Shown here: piece by piece, positions 17,737-28,894 of the stretch | Numbering within the stretch: position 1 is the stretch's first letter | Layout: every line of letters starts with the position of its first letter | Sequence record: SRR22947725_530 | DNA length: 41,071 nt | Direction: 5' to 3' (one strand) | Translations under genes and position numbers: made by a program | Notes under the pieces: generated by a model | What the model saw: only the letters and a program-made list of their open reading frames with translations | Databases searched by the model: none | Told to the model about the DNA's origin: nothing

Positions 17737-19767
17737 TTAAGCTTTTAAAAATCCACGTCCTTTGAGTAATGCTTCTACCTTAGGCATTGAGCCACGGAAA
17801 TTCATGTATAGCTCTTCAGCTGGTAATGAACCACCAGCAGAATAGATATGCTTTTCTAAAGAATGAGCAATTTCGGGATCGAATGGGTCATTTATTTCAT
17901 TGAAAGCTTCAAAGGCGTCCGCGTCCATCACTTCAGACCACATATAGCTATAATAACCACTAGAATAGCCATCACCAGAGAAAATATGAGCAAAATGTGG
18001 TGTCGCATGGCGCATAGTTATTTCAGCAGGCATTTTTATACGATCAAGAACTTCTCTTTGTTTTTGCATCGGATCTTTTGTTGGAATTTCGTTGTGAAAG
18101 GCTAAGTCAACCAATGCGCTTGAAACATATTCAACTGTTGAAAAGCCTTGGTCGTAATTTTCTGCATCTAACAATTTTTTTAATAAATCTTTTGGAATAG
18201 GTTCATTAGTCTCAGCGTGGATTGCAAATTTTTCTAATACTAAAGGTACAGAAAGCCAATGCTCATATAACTGGCTAGGCAATTCAACAAAATCTCTAGC
18301 AACGGATGTGCCAGAAATATATGCATATTTCACATTAGACAACATTGAATGTAACGCGTGACCAAATTCGTGAAATAAAGTGCGAGCATCATCAAAATTT
18401 AGTAGGCATTGCTGACCTTCTGGAGCTTTAGCAAAATTACAAACATTTACTGTGATGGGGCGTTGGTCTTTATCCATTGAAGACTGACTTCGAAATCTAG
18501 AACACCATGCTCCTGATCTTTTTGAAGGCCTTGCAAAGTAATCACCAATGAATATGGCTATATGTTTGTTTTCCCGAGTTACTTCCCAAGCCATAACATC
18601 AGAATGATACATTGGTGCATCTATTTGACGAAAGTCTAAATTAAATAGTTTTTTAGCACAATGAAATGAAGCTTTAATCATCTGATTTAATTGGAAATAA
18701 GGTTTGAGCTCAGTTTCATTCAAGTCATGTTCAGCTACTCGCCGCTTCTCTGAATAATACCGCCAATCTGAAGGTAAAAACTTTTCATCAAAACCATCAA
18801 TCTTCATCATTTCAGTTAATATTTTTGCATCCCTATTGGCCATTAGCTTTGCTGGCTCCCAAACTGCCATTAAAAGTTCAGTAACTCTTTCTGGACTCCT
18901 TGCCATTTCAGTTTCCAGCTTAAAGTCTGCGAAAGAATTGTACCCAAGTAGATTTGCACGTTCTTGACGTAAGATGAGGGTCTCTTGGACAATATCTAAA
19001 TTATTTGTCTTGCCTTGGTTTGCGCCACGAAGTTCCCACGCGCTAAATGCTTTTTGGCGTAGATCTCTACGGGGTGAAAATTGCAAAAATGGAACAATTA
19101 AGCTCCTTGAAAGAGTGATTATATATCCATCTATGCCTCTATCTTTGGCAGCTTCACTGGCAGCATCTTTAATGAATTTAGGGCATCCAAGTAAATCTTT
19201 TTCGGTTACATTCATAGACCATTCACGTTCATCTTTTAACAAATTTTGAGTAAAGAGAGTTCCTAACTCAGCTAAACGTTGTAATATCTTTTTCAATTTT
19301 TGTTGCTCAGAAACCTTTAATTCTGCACCTGATCGAACAAATGAAAGATGATATAGTTCCAAAACTCTTAATTGCTCTTTTGATAAGTTCAAATTCATTC
19401 TATTTTTAAATAGAGTATCAATTCGAAAAAATAATTTACTATTAAGTTTAATATCGGAATCTACTTTTGCCCATTTAGGAGCTAGTTTGCGTTGCAAGGC
19501 TTCAAGTGTTGAGTTTGAATTAGAACTTGCTAGATTTGCAAATATACTTGCAACTTTTTCCATCAATTCATCTGAACGTTCAAGTTCCTCGACTGTATTT
19601 TGAAAAGTTGGAGCATGAGACTGATCGGATATTTTATTAATCGCCAATTCAATTTGTGAAAAGGCTTCTTCAAAGGCTTCATCAAAATGATGATCTTTTA
19701 TCAAATCAAAAGGTGGGATTTGAAACATATCTTCCCAATCGGAAAGAAGAGGATTTGAAGTTTGCAT
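17737..19767 (-). CDS. dcp: M3 family metallopeptidase (peptidyl-dipeptidase Dcp-like)
   Basis: NPLL N-terminus, FHEFGHALH zinc motif, DFVELPSQ, GYSSGYYSYMWSEV. Confidence 0.92.
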   Translation of the reverse strand: MQTSNPLLSDWEDMFQIPPFDLIKDHHFDEAFEEAFSQIELAINKISDQSHAPTFQNTVEELERSDELMEKVASIFANLASSNSNSTLEALQRKLAPKWAKVDSDIKLNSKLFFRIDTLFKNRMNLNLSKEQLRVLELYHLSFVRSGAELKVSEQQKLKKILQRLAELGTLFTQNLLKDEREWSMNVTEKDLLGCPKFIKDAASEAAKDRGIDGYIITLSRSLIVPFLQFSPRRDLRQKAFSAWELRGANQGKTNNLDIVQETLILRQERANLLGYNSFADFKLETEMARSPERVTELLMAVWEPAKLMANRDAKILTEMMKIDGFDEKFLPSDWRYYSEKRRVAEHDLNETELKPYFQLNQMIKASFHCAKKLFNLDFRQIDAPMYHSDVMAWEVTRENKHIAIFIGDYFARPSKRSGAWCSRFRSQSSMDKDQRPITVNVCNFAKAPEGQQCLLNFDDARTLFHEFGHALHSMLSNVKYAYISGTSVARDFVELPSQLYEHWLSVPLVLEKFAIHAETNEPIPKDLLKKLLDAENYDQGFSTVEYVSSALVDLAFHNEIPTKDPMQKQREVLDRIKMPAEITMRHATPHFAHIFSGDGYSSGYYSYMWSEVMDADAFEAFNEINDPFDPEIAHSLEKHIYSAGGSLPAEELYMNFRGSMPKVEALLKGRGFLKA

Positions 19768-19930
19768 AAAAAATTCCTTAATGATTTACTTTATTTAGGG
19801 CGCATGTTGGTACTAATCCAGTGCCAAATACAAACATTGTCGTTTTTTGAAAAAAACAGTCGGCACGTTGACTGCTATTGCTGATTTTTCTGCAATTCTG
19901 CATATTATTTTTTCATTTGGAGATTCGAAG

Positions 19931-22432
19931 ATGAAAACTCACGTAAAAGCTCTTGTAGTCGGCGGTGGCGCAGTTGGAACAGGCATAGCCTACCATTTAG
20001 CGAAGTATGGCTGGAAGGATGTTATGTTGCTTGAACGTGATGAATTAACCTCGGGATCAACATGGCATGCAGCTGGGTTATTACCTTTGTTTAATATGGG
20101 TTATGCCACTACGCACTTACATGATTACTCAGTTGAATTTTATAAATCATTAGAAGCAGAAACAGGATTAAATGCAGGTTTTTCCGTTGTTGGGAATCTT
20201 CGTATGGCTCAAACTAAAGAGCGTATGGATGAATATATGTTATATGGCTCTACTGCTGAAACTCTAGGAATTGAGTACCAAAAGCTCACACCTAATCAAA
20301 TAAAAGAACGATGGCCACTAATTAGAACTGATGATTTAGCAGGAGCTATTTATCATCCAACTGATGGATATATTAATCCTGCAGATGTAACTATGGCGAT
20401 GGCTAAAGGCGCACGCCAGATGGGAGTCTCTATTGAAAGAAAGTGGCAGGTAGATGGTTACCAATGGAATGGTGATGAGTGGAAAGTTACATGCACTAAA
20501 ATGATTGAAAAAGGTGGGAATTTAATTCCATCTGATGAACAAATTATAATTACTGCAGAACATGTAGTAACAGCTACAGGTAATCATGCACAAAGAACCG
20601 CAAAGCTTCTTGGAATTAAAATACCGGCAATACCTGTTGAGCATCAGTTTATAGTTACAGATGTTGATCCAATGTTACAAAAATGGCGAGCGGATGGTAA
20701 TCCTGAACATCCAGTAATACGTGATGCTGATGCACAATCATACGTTCGTGAAGAAAGAGGTGGTTGGATATTAGGTGTTTATGAAAAAAATGCTCCTGCA
20801 AGATTTGAATATGGAGTTCCTGATAGCTTTAGGGCTGATTTATTCCCATTGAATTTGGAAAGAATAGAAGATCAATATATGGCAATGATTCATCGCATGC
20901 CTTCATGTGAAGAAAGTGGCTTAAAAGATGATTTCAACGGCCCAATATGTTACACGCCTGATGGCAACCCTTTAGTTGGGCCAGCACCAGGTCTGCGTAA
21001 CATGTGGTTAGCTGAAGGCTTTAGTTTTGGAATTACTGCGGCAGGTGGTGTCGGAAACTATATGGCGCAAATGATGGTTAATGGAGAAGCTGAAATTGAC
21101 ATGGCATCGTTAGATCCTAAGCGATACGGATCATGGATGACTACAGAATATGCTGCTCGAAAAAATGAAGAATGTTATGAGCATGTTTATATATTGCACC
21201 ATCCTGATGAAGAACGACCTGCATGTGCTGCATTACGGACATCTCCGGCTTATGACCGCCAAAAAGCTGCAGGTGCTCAATTTGGCAGGGTAAATGGCTG
21301 GGATAGGCCAAACTATTATGGACCTTTGGATGCTGATGAGAATTTTGACCATGACAGTAGATCTTTTCGCCGTGGAAAATGGTGGAAATATGCGGTTGAT
21401 GAAGCAATAGCAATTCGTGAGGGAGTAGGCTTAATTGATGCAACTGCCTTTACTAAACATGTTGTTAAAGGACCTGGAGCAACACAATTTCTAGACTGGT
21501 TTACATGTAATAAGTTGCCAAAAGTAGGTCGAATAAACCTTACATATGCACTAACTGGTTCTGGTACTACACGGACAGAATATACAATTGTTAGAAACGG
21601 TGAAAATGATTATTATTTAGTCTCTGCAGGAGCTTGGACTGCGTATGACTCGGACTACTTGCGAAAAGCTGCAGAAGATAAAGCTGCTGATTTTGGTTAT
21701 ATAGAAATACATGACGTGACAAACCAATGGGGTGTTTTTGCAATAGCAGGGCCAAAAACAAGATCTGTATTATCAAAAATAATTAAAGACGCAGATCCAT
21801 CAACAGCACTTTCTAACAAACGGTTTCCTTGGTTGTCAGCACAAAAAATTGAATTGGGGATGTGTCCTGTGAATGCAATAAGGGTTGCATACACTGGTGA
21901 ATTAGGTTGGGAATTACATCACCCCATTGAAATGCAAAACTATTTGTTTGATTTAATTATGGAAGCTGGATCTGATGTAGGGATTAAACTTGTTGGAGGA
22001 CGTGCGCAGAATTGGTTACGTCAAGAAAAATCCTATCGTGCATTCGGAACTGAATTGGGTCGAGATGCAACACCGCAAGAGGCCGATTTGCCAAGATTTA
22101 TTGACTTAGAAAAAGATTTTTATGGTAAAGAGGAAATGTTAAAAACTGGGATAAGATCAAAGTGTGTAACTCTCTTGATTGATGGTCCACCTGATGCAGA
22201 TCCGTGGGGTAGAGAAGCTTTATATAATGATGAACGAAAAATAGGGCGTTTAACATCTGGAGGATACTCTGTTGCTTTCAAAAAATCTATTGGTATGGGT
22301 TATGTTGAACCAGATTTAGCTAATATTGGACAAAAACTAACTGTGAATATTTTAGGCGAACGTTACGATTGTGAAATAGTTGAAGACAGTCCCTATGACT
22401 CAAAGAATATAACTATCAGAGTGGACGCTTAA
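19931..22432 (+). CDS. FAD-dependent oxidoreductase with GcvT-type folate-binding C-terminus (dimethylglycine/sarcosine dehydrogenase family)
   Basis: VVGGGAVG, TSGSTWHAAG (covalent-FAD His motif), YTPDGNPLVG, YTGELGWELH. ATG 19931 with GGAG upstream. Confidence 0.9.
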   Translation: MKTHVKALVVGGGAVGTGIAYHLAKYGWKDVMLLERDELTSGSTWHAAGLLPLFNMGYATTHLHDYSVEFYKSLEAETGLNAGFSVVGNLRMAQTKERMDEYMLYGSTAETLGIEYQKLTPNQIKERWPLIRTDDLAGAIYHPTDGYINPADVTMAMAKGARQMGVSIERKWQVDGYQWNGDEWKVTCTKMIEKGGNLIPSDEQIIITAEHVVTATGNHAQRTAKLLGIKIPAIPVEHQFIVTDVDPMLQKWRADGNPEHPVIRDADAQSYVREERGGWILGVYEKNAPARFEYGVPDSFRADLFPLNLERIEDQYMAMIHRMPSCEESGLKDDFNGPICYTPDGNPLVGPAPGLRNMWLAEGFSFGITAAGGVGNYMAQMMVNGEAEIDMASLDPKRYGSWMTTEYAARKNEECYEHVYILHHPDEERPACAALRTSPAYDRQKAAGAQFGRVNGWDRPNYYGPLDADENFDHDSRSFRRGKWWKYAVDEAIAIREGVGLIDATAFTKHVVKGPGATQFLDWFTCNKLPKVGRINLTYALTGSGTTRTEYTIVRNGENDYYLVSAGAWTAYDSDYLRKAAEDKAADFGYIEIHDVTNQWGVFAIAGPKTRSVLSKIIKDADPSTALSNKRFPWLSAQKIELGMCPVNAIRVAYTGELGWELHHPIEMQNYLFDLIMEAGSDVGIKLVGGRAQNWLRQEKSYRAFGTELGRDATPQEADLPRFIDLEKDFYGKEEMLKTGIRSKCVTLLIDGPPDADPWGREALYNDERKIGRLTSGGYSVAFKKSIGMGYVEPDLANIGQKLTVNILGERYDCEIVEDSPYDSKNITIRVDA

Positions 22433-22444
22433 AATAAATAAATC

Positions 22445-22471
22445 TTAAGCAGCATTAATTTTGCTGCTTAA
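22445..22471. terminator. Hairpin between convergent genes, likely bidirectional terminator
   Basis: Perfect 10-bp stem TTAAGCAGCA / TGCTGCTTAA with a 7-nt loop, in the short gap between the stops at 22432 and 22489. Confidence 0.7.
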
Positions 22472-22488
22472 TGAAGCATTGAAAATAA

Positions 22489-23466
22489 TTATTTTGCATA
22501 TTTCATTAATGCATTTTGAAATATTGTTGTATCAACATTACCTCCGGTTGCTACTACAATAACGTCTTCATTATTTAATTTTTCTCCATAAAATAATGCT
22601 GCGGCCAATGCTACTGCGCCACCAGGTTCAACAACAATTCGTAAATGTTCATATGCTAAAACCATTGCTTTTATTGCTTCATCATCTGAAACGCTAAAAC
22701 CTGCACCGCAAAGTTTTTTTAAAATTGGAAATGTTATTTCCCCCGGGCATAGAGTTAAAACTGCATCACAAACTGAACCACTCGTTGTTGTGTTACGTTC
22801 AATTTTTCCACTTTTTAACGATCTTTTTATATCGTCAAAATTATCAGGTTCGGCAGTTCTAACAATCATCTTGGGATTAAGCTTCTCTAAACTCAAAGCA
22901 ATGCCAGATGCCAGTCCTCCGCCACCCGCACAAACTATTACTTCAGCATCTTTTATGCCTTTCTTGTTAGATTGCTTAGAGATTTCAATACCAACAGATC
23001 CTTGTCCTGCGATCACATGATGGTTGTCATAAGGTTTTATTAAAACGAGTGATTTATCAGAATTAACTTCTCTTTCTACTTTGCCTCGATCTTCGGTTTC
23101 ACGGTCATATAAAATAACTTTTGCACCTAAAGATTTAGTATTTTTTATTTTTACACCCGGTGAGTCACTAGGCATAATAATAGTTGCTGGAACATCATGA
23201 TATGCTGCTGCAGCTGCAATTCCTTGAGCGTGGTTTCCTGATGAAAACGTTATGACACCTCTTGATTTTTCATCAGCTGAGAGGGCTGAAATTGCAGACC
23301 ATCCACCTCGATACTTAAACGAACCAGTATGTTGCAAACACTCTGCTTTAACCCATATTTTGCGCTGAGCAATTTTGTTTAAGGAGTGTGATGATAATAA
23401 TGGTGTATTGATAGTATGGGGAGCTATTCTGTCATAAGCTTCCATTATCATTTTGAAGTTACTCAT
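22489..23466 (-). CDS. PLP-dependent serine/threonine dehydratase family protein (catalytic domain only)
   Basis: KAECLQHTGSFKYRG (PLP Lys), SSGNHAQ, GGGGL, EPGGA, TGGN. No regulatory ACT domain. Confidence 0.9.
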   Translation of the reverse strand: MSNFKMIMEAYDRIAPHTINTPLLSSHSLNKIAQRKIWVKAECLQHTGSFKYRGGWSAISALSADEKSRGVITFSSGNHAQGIAAAAAYHDVPATIIMPSDSPGVKIKNTKSLGAKVILYDRETEDRGKVEREVNSDKSLVLIKPYDNHHVIAGQGSVGIEISKQSNKKGIKDAEVIVCAGGGGLASGIALSLEKLNPKMIVRTAEPDNFDDIKRSLKSGKIERNTTTSGSVCDAVLTLCPGEITFPILKKLCGAGFSVSDDEAIKAMVLAYEHLRIVVEPGGAVALAAALFYGEKLNNEDVIVVATGGNVDTTIFQNALMKYAK

Positions 23467-24148
23467 TTAATTCTTTCAAGATATTTGGAATGGTTGATAA
23501 ATTATTTGTTATTTTATTTGGCATAAAGGTAAGGCGATCTTTTGGAATAAGATTGCGATTAATCCAAAGAGTTGTGAAGCCAAATTTACTTGCACCTGCA
23601 ATATCCCAGCCATTCGAAGATATAAATAACACTTCCTCTTTCTTACAATTAAATTGATCTAAAACCATTTCATAGACTTTTGGGTCTGGTTTATAAATTT
23701 CGATACAATCTATAGATATTATTTTGTCTAAATAATTTTTTAAATTAGCTGACACAACTGCACTATTTAGCATCTCTTTTGACCCATTTGATAATATGCC
23801 AGTCTGAATATTATTTGCTTTTAGTGTTGTTAAAACATCTTGAGCTTCCGGGTATGCAGATAAGTTCCAATATACATCTAGCAATCGTTGCCTGAGATTT
23901 TCATTTTTGATCTGATTTTCTTCTAATGCGAAGTCTAATGCATCTTTTGTAATTTGCCAAAAATCTATATATTCGTGCATAATGTTACGTAGCCAACTAT
24001 ATTCGAGCTGCTTAATACGCCAAGTATTTGAAACCTTGACAGAATGATTGGGAAAGTTGCTGTATTCTTCTTCATTAGCCACCATTCTGGTCGCTGAAGT
24101 TACATCGAAAAGAGTTCCGTATGCATCAAAAATACAAATGTTTACCAT
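23459..24148 (-). CDS. Haloacid dehalogenase type II (HAD superfamily)
   Basis: FDAYGTLFD, W..KQLEYSW, LSNG, YKPDP.VY, SSNGWD..GA..FG. Confidence 0.92.
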   Translation of the reverse strand: MVNICIFDAYGTLFDVTSATRMVANEEEYSNFPNHSVKVSNTWRIKQLEYSWLRNIMHEYIDFWQITKDALDFALEENQIKNENLRQRLLDVYWNLSAYPEAQDVLTTLKANNIQTGILSNGSKEMLNSAVVSANLKNYLDKIISIDCIEIYKPDPKVYEMVLDQFNCKKEEVLFISSNGWDIAGASKFGFTTLWINRNLIPKDRLTFMPNKITNNLSTIPNILKELNE

Positions 24149-24201
24149 ATTAACCCCTTTTATTTATAGCATTTAATAAATGGAGTGTTGGGTCAATCGA
24201 A

Positions 24202-24990
24202 TTACAGGTTTTCAGATTGTGCCATGCCTAAAACATGATACCCACCATCAACACAAATAATTTCACCTGTTGTGCATTGACCATAATCTGATGCGAGATA
24301 AACAGCAGTACCCCCAACACTCTCTAATGTAGCATTAGCACGCATTGGTGAGTTTGCTTCAGTTGTTCGAAACGTTTTTCTTGCACCACCAATGGCTGCA
24401 CCTGCAAGAGTTCTCATTGGCCCAGGACTTATAGCATTTACTCTAATTCCTTGTGGACCAAGATCATTTGCCAAATACCGAACTGCACTTTCTAATGCAG
24501 CCTTAGCTACACCCATTACATTATAAAACGGAGTAACGCGGTTTGAGCCTTGATATGTGAGTGTTAAAATCGTCCCACCATCAGGCATTAATTCTGAAGC
24601 TCTACGGGAAACTTCAATTAAAGAATAACATGAAATATCTAAAGAATTTTTGAAATTTGCACGAGTAGTATCTACAAATCGACCCACCAATTCATTTTTA
24701 TCAGAATATGCAACAGCATGTACAATAAAGTCTAGCTTCCCCCACTTTTCTTTAAGTTCAGAAAAGGCAGTATCTAAGGAATTATCATCAGTTACATCTG
24801 CATCCACCAAAATATTAGAACCAACACTTGCGGCTAGAGGTTGTACACGTTTTCCAAATGCTTCGCCTTGATAAGTAAATGCAAGTTCAGCGCCTTGTGC
24901 AGCCATTTCACGTGCAATACCCCAAGCAATCGATTTTTCATTTGCAACGCCCATTATAAGGCCGCGTTTGCCCTTCATTAAATCAGACAT
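24202..24990 (-). CDS. fabI: Enoyl-ACP reductase
   Basis: GVANEKSIAWGIA, YNVMGVAKAALE, ISPGPMRTLA. In the fabA-fabB operon. Confidence 0.96.
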   Translation of the reverse strand: MSDLMKGKRGLIMGVANEKSIAWGIAREMAAQGAELAFTYQGEAFGKRVQPLAASVGSNILVDADVTDDNSLDTAFSELKEKWGKLDFIVHAVAYSDKNELVGRFVDTTRANFKNSLDISCYSLIEVSRRASELMPDGGTILTLTYQGSNRVTPFYNVMGVAKAALESAVRYLANDLGPQGIRVNAISPGPMRTLAGAAIGGARKTFRTTEANSPMRANATLESVGGTAVYLASDYGQCTTGEIICVDGGYHVLGMAQSENL

Positions 24991-24995
24991 ATCTT

Positions 24996-26222
24996 TTATC
25001 CATTATATTTGCTCATTGCTAAACTGGCGTTAGTGCCACCAAAACCAAAGCTGTTTGATAAAACTGTATCCAAACCTGCATTATCGATACGTTTTGTAGC
25101 TATCTCATTTGCATTTAAAGCTGGGTCTAATTCAGAAATATTTGCTGATGCTGTAATGAAATCTCTATCAAGCATGATTAAAGAATAGATTGCTTCTTGA
25201 ACTCCAGTAGCCCCAAGGGAATGACCAGTTAGTGATTTTGTTGAGCTAATTACAGGTTGATGTTTATCTGTAAATACTCTTCGTACAGCTTCAACCTCAG
25301 TAACATCTCCTGCTGGAGTTGAGGTTCCGTGTGCGTTTATATAATTTACGCTGCGTTCACCAATTGTTGATACAGCAAGTTTCATCGAACGTTCGCCACC
25401 TTCACCTGAGGGTGCTACCATATCGTGACCATCTGATGTTGCCCCATACCCGGTTACTTCTGCATAAATTTTTGCACCACGTGCCACTGCATGGCTTAGT
25501 TCTTCAAGAACAACTACGCCACCACCTCCTGCTATTACAAACCCATCACGATTTGCATCAAAAGCTCGGGAAGCTTTTTCTGGTGTATCATTATATTTTG
25601 ATGACATGGCTCCCATCGCATCAAATAAACATGACATAGACCAATCTAATTCTTCTCCTCCACCAGCGAAAACAATATCTTGTTTGCCCATTTGAATTTG
25701 TTCAACTCCGTTCCCAATACAATGCGCAGATGTTGAGCAAGCAGAAGTTATAGAATAGTTAACCCCTTTGATTTTAAATGGAGTAGCTAAGCAAGCCGAA
25801 TTTGTTGATGACATGCAACGAGTGACCATAAAGGGTCCCATACGTTTTGGAGCACCTTTTTCAAGTGTAATTTGGTGCGCATTAAATAAATTAATAGTTG
25901 AAGGACCGCCAGATCCCATAACCATGCCAGTACGTTCATTGGAAACATCACTATCTTCAAGGCCACTATCTGCAATGGCTTGTTCCATCGCTAAGTAATT
26001 ATATGCAGCTCCCTGTCCCATAAATCGCATTTGACGTTTGTCTATATGCTCTGTGACATCAATTTTTGGCAATCCATGAATTTGAGACCTAAAGCCTTTC
26101 TCAGTATAATCAGGTGCTGCTACAATCCCTGAGCGACCAGTTTTTAAACTCTCTGTCACTTCATTAATATCATTTCCTATAGATGAAATGATGCCCATTC
26201 CTGTTACTACTACTCGACGCAT
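24996..26222 (-). CDS. fabB: Beta-ketoacyl-ACP synthase I
   Basis: SACSTS active Cys, [21 protein letters not shown]. Downstream of fabA. Confidence 0.96.
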   Translation of the reverse strand: MRRVVVTGMGIISSIGNDINEVTESLKTGRSGIVAAPDYTEKGFRSQIHGLPKIDVTEHIDKRQMRFMGQGAAYNYLAMEQAIADSGLEDSDVSNERTGMVMGSGGPSTINLFNAHQITLEKGAPKRMGPFMVTRCMSSTNSACLATPFKIKGVNYSITSACSTSAHCIGNGVEQIQMGKQDIVFAGGGEELDWSMSCLFDAMGAMSSKYNDTPEKASRAFDANRDGFVIAGGGGVVVLEELSHAVARGAKIYAEVTGYGATSDGHDMVAPSGEGGERSMKLAVSTIGERSVNYINAHGTSTPAGDVTEVEAVRRVFTDKHQPVISSTKSLTGHSLGATGVQEAIYSLIMLDRDFITASANISELDPALNANEIATKRIDNAGLDTVLSNSFGFGGTNASLAMSKYNG

Positions 26223-26249
26223 TTATATCTCCTTACAATTTTATTAGGA

Positions 26250-26762
26250 TTAATTTTCTTGGTTGGCTAAGCCAACTTTCATATCTTTTACGGCATAAAT
26301 TAATTCTCCATCGGCGTGAACAGTCCCATTTGCAACACCAATTTTTAGTTTTCGATCAATTACACGTGTAAATTCTACATTATAAGTTAACATTTTGCGT
26401 GCTGGGGTCACCATGCCTGTTAATTTAACTTCTCCAACACCTAATGCCATTCCTTTACCTAGCATTCCGCGCCACCCAAGATTAAAGCCTGTTAATTGCC
26501 ATAATCCATCTAGTCCAAGGCAGCCTGGCATTATAGGATTACCCGGAAAGTGACACTCAAAAAACCATAAATCAGGTTTAATATCGAATTCAGCTACCAC
26601 ATGGCCTTTCCCAAATTCGCCGCCATCAGTAGATAATTCGGTTATTCGATCCATCATTAACATCGGTGGAGCTGGTAATTGTGCATTTGCAGCTCCAAAT
26701 AATTCTCCACGTGAACATTTCAATAAATCTTCATAGTTATAACTTGTTGGTCTTTCAGTCAT
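26250..26762 (-). CDS. fabA: 3-hydroxydecanoyl-ACP dehydratase/isomerase
   Basis: [33 protein letters not shown]. Confidence 0.97.
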   Translation of the reverse strand: MTERPTSYNYEDLLKCSRGELFGAANAQLPAPPMLMMDRITELSTDGGEFGKGHVVAEFDIKPDLWFFECHFPGNPIMPGCLGLDGLWQLTGFNLGWRGMLGKGMALGVGEVKLTGMVTPARKMLTYNVEFTRVIDRKLKIGVANGTVHADGELIYAVKDMKVGLANQEN

Positions 26763-26914
26763 CTTTTTTGCTCCGTGTATTTTTTTTTTTTATACTTACC
26801 ATCTCAATGCATTTGCTTGCAATAGAAGCTTGCATAGAGAAATTTTATAGTTTGTTTGAAGTGGATTGTATTTTAGTTAAATTAGGATCATAATAATTTT
26901 AAATAGAGGTTTTA

Positions 26915-27331
26915 ATGTCAAACATTCAGGAAAACAGAAGCCGTAAATGGCTATTAAGTGCAGGGGTTCGACCAACGCGACAACGCCTAACCTTGGCTGC
27001 TTTGTTAATTGGAGATGGATTAAACCGACATGTTTGTGCTGAAAGCTTACATGAGACTGTTTGCAGTAATTCCTTAAATGTTTCACTAGCAACAATTTAT
27101 AATACTCTTCGGATATTTTGTGACGCCGGTCTTATGCATGAAATCCATGTAGATGGGCATAAATCATATTTTGACACACGCACTGACGATCACCCACATT
27201 TTTATTGGGAAAATACTGGAAAGCTGACTGATGCACCAAAAGAGTCTATAAAATTTGAAAAATTGCCCAATGCTCCTGAAGGTTATGATGTATCAAGAGT
27301 TGATGTAGTTATTCGCTTAAAAGACAAATAA
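26915..27331 (+). CDS. irr: Fur-family iron response regulator Irr
   Basis: RPTRQR, SLATIYNTL, YFDT, HPH heme-binding-type motif, VDVVIRL. Divergent from fabA as is typical in Rhodobacteraceae. Confidence 0.9.
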   Translation: MSNIQENRSRKWLLSAGVRPTRQRLTLAALLIGDGLNRHVCAESLHETVCSNSLNVSLATIYNTLRIFCDAGLMHEIHVDGHKSYFDTRTDDHPHFYWENTGKLTDAPKESIKFEKLPNAPEGYDVSRVDVVIRLKDK

Positions 27332-27411
27332 TGAATTAGCGAGACTTATTACTAATCTGTATCATTTTTAACTTTTATCCTTAAAATTCTTACAATTTCT
27401 ATTCTTGGATA

Positions 27412-27433
27412 GCATTGAATAGATATTCAATGC
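27412..27433. repeat. Perfect 10-2-10 inverted repeat upstream of miaB (candidate operator)
   Basis: GCATTGAATA-GA-TATTCAATGC. Confidence 0.6.
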
Positions 27434-27475
27434 AGTGTATGGGCTAAAAACTAGCATATATTTAAGGTCTTAATA

Positions 27476-28804
27476 ATGTCCAAATCTAAAAATTTATATA
27501 TCAAAACATTTGGTTGTCAGATGAATGTGTATGATTCTGAAAGAATGGCTACATCACTTGGTGCAGATGGATATAATGAAGTCTCGTCACCTGAAGAGGC
27601 AGATATGATATTATTAAATACATGCCACATTCGAGAAAAAGCTGCAGAAAAAATTTACTCTGATTTGGGTCGCTTTAAATCGCTTAAAGCAAAAAATCCA
27701 GATCTTAAAATTGGTGTTACAGGTTGTGTTGCTCAAGCCGAAGGTGAAGAAATCATAAAAAGGCAACCATTGGTTGATATTGTGGTTGGACCGCAAGCCT
27801 ACCATAGGCTTCCTGCAATGGCAAAATCTATAGAAAATGGTAAGAAAGTGGTAGATACAGAATTTCCAGAAGAGGATAAATTTGAGCATCTACCAGCTGC
27901 GCCCAAGACTAAAAGAGCACCCTCAGCTTTTTTAACTGTTCAAGAGGGATGTGATAAATTCTGCGCATTTTGTGTGGTACCTTTTACGCGTGGTGCGGAA
28001 GTTTCTAGGCCAGTTTTGCAAATAATTAATGAGGCTCGTGACTTGGTTGAACGTGGAGCTAGGGATATAACCTTACTTGGTCAAAATGTTAATGCATATC
28101 ATGGAGCAATGAAAAGTGGCGATGCTAATTTACCCCAATTAATTAAAGAATTATCCAAGATTGAGGAGTTAAAACGTATTAGATTTACGACCTCTCATCC
28201 AAATGACATGACGCAAGAATTGATAGATGCGCATGGTGAAATGGAGAAGTTGATGCCATATTTGCATTTGCCCGTTCAATCAGGTTCAGACAAAATACTT
28301 AAAGGTATGAACCGTAAACATACCGCAAAGAGTTATTTGGAAGTTATAGAAAACCTTCGAGTTGCAAGGCCTGACATAGCTTTGTCAGGAGATTTCATTG
28401 TAGGGTTTCCAGGAGAAACTGACGAAGACTTTGAGCAAACTCTAGAATTAGTTCGTGAAGTAAAATATGCACAAGCCTATTCATTCAAATACTCTACACG
28501 ACCAGGAACTCCTGCAGCTGAAAACAAAAATCAAGTTCCTGAGGAAATTAAATCTGAAAGATTATCACGCCTTCAAGCTTTACTTTCTCAACATCAAAAA
28601 GAATTTATGGGCACAATGGTTGGCAAAGTTTTACCTGTTTTACTGGAGCGACCTGGGCGTTTAGATGGTCAATTAGTCGGAAGATCAGAATACTTACATG
28701 GTGTTCATGCAAGTATTGATCAAGCACAAATAGGTGATATTGTAAATTTGCGCATTCTTGGTGCCGATACAAATTCATTACGTGCTGAATTTGTAAGTAA
28801 GTAA
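27476..28804 (+). CDS. miaB: tRNA-i6A37 methylthiotransferase
   Basis: [21 protein letters not shown], radical-[12 protein letters not shown]-terminal TRAM domain. Confidence 0.97.
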   Translation: MSKSKNLYIKTFGCQMNVYDSERMATSLGADGYNEVSSPEEADMILLNTCHIREKAAEKIYSDLGRFKSLKAKNPDLKIGVTGCVAQAEGEEIIKRQPLVDIVVGPQAYHRLPAMAKSIENGKKVVDTEFPEEDKFEHLPAAPKTKRAPSAFLTVQEGCDKFCAFCVVPFTRGAEVSRPVLQIINEARDLVERGARDITLLGQNVNAYHGAMKSGDANLPQLIKELSKIEELKRIRFTTSHPNDMTQELIDAHGEMEKLMPYLHLPVQSGSDKILKGMNRKHTAKSYLEVIENLRVARPDIALSGDFIVGFPGETDEDFEQTLELVREVKYAQAYSFKYSTRPGTPAAENKNQVPEEIKSERLSRLQALLSQHQKEFMGTMVGKVLPVLLERPGRLDGQLVGRSEYLHGVHASIDQAQIGDIVNLRILGADTNSLRAEFVSK

Positions 28805-28894
28805 ATAATTTAAAATTTATGGTGTAATACACTTGCGGGGTTCTACTTGATACTGCATCATGATATCAAACTTACTTGATTGGAGTATTAAGAA

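Noticed and set aside
19931..22432. DMSP demethylase DmdA or glycine cleavage T protein
   Set aside because: The protein is over 800 aa with an N-terminal FAD domain, whereas DmdA and GcvT consist of the folate-binding fold only.
26763..27475. Irr ICE box near irr, fabA or miaB
   Set aside because: No convincing TTTAGAA-N3-TTCTAAA match found.
28847..28869. TTGATA-N11-TATCAA inverted repeat before phoH
   Set aside because: Only 6-bp AT-rich arms, which is insufficient support without comparative data.
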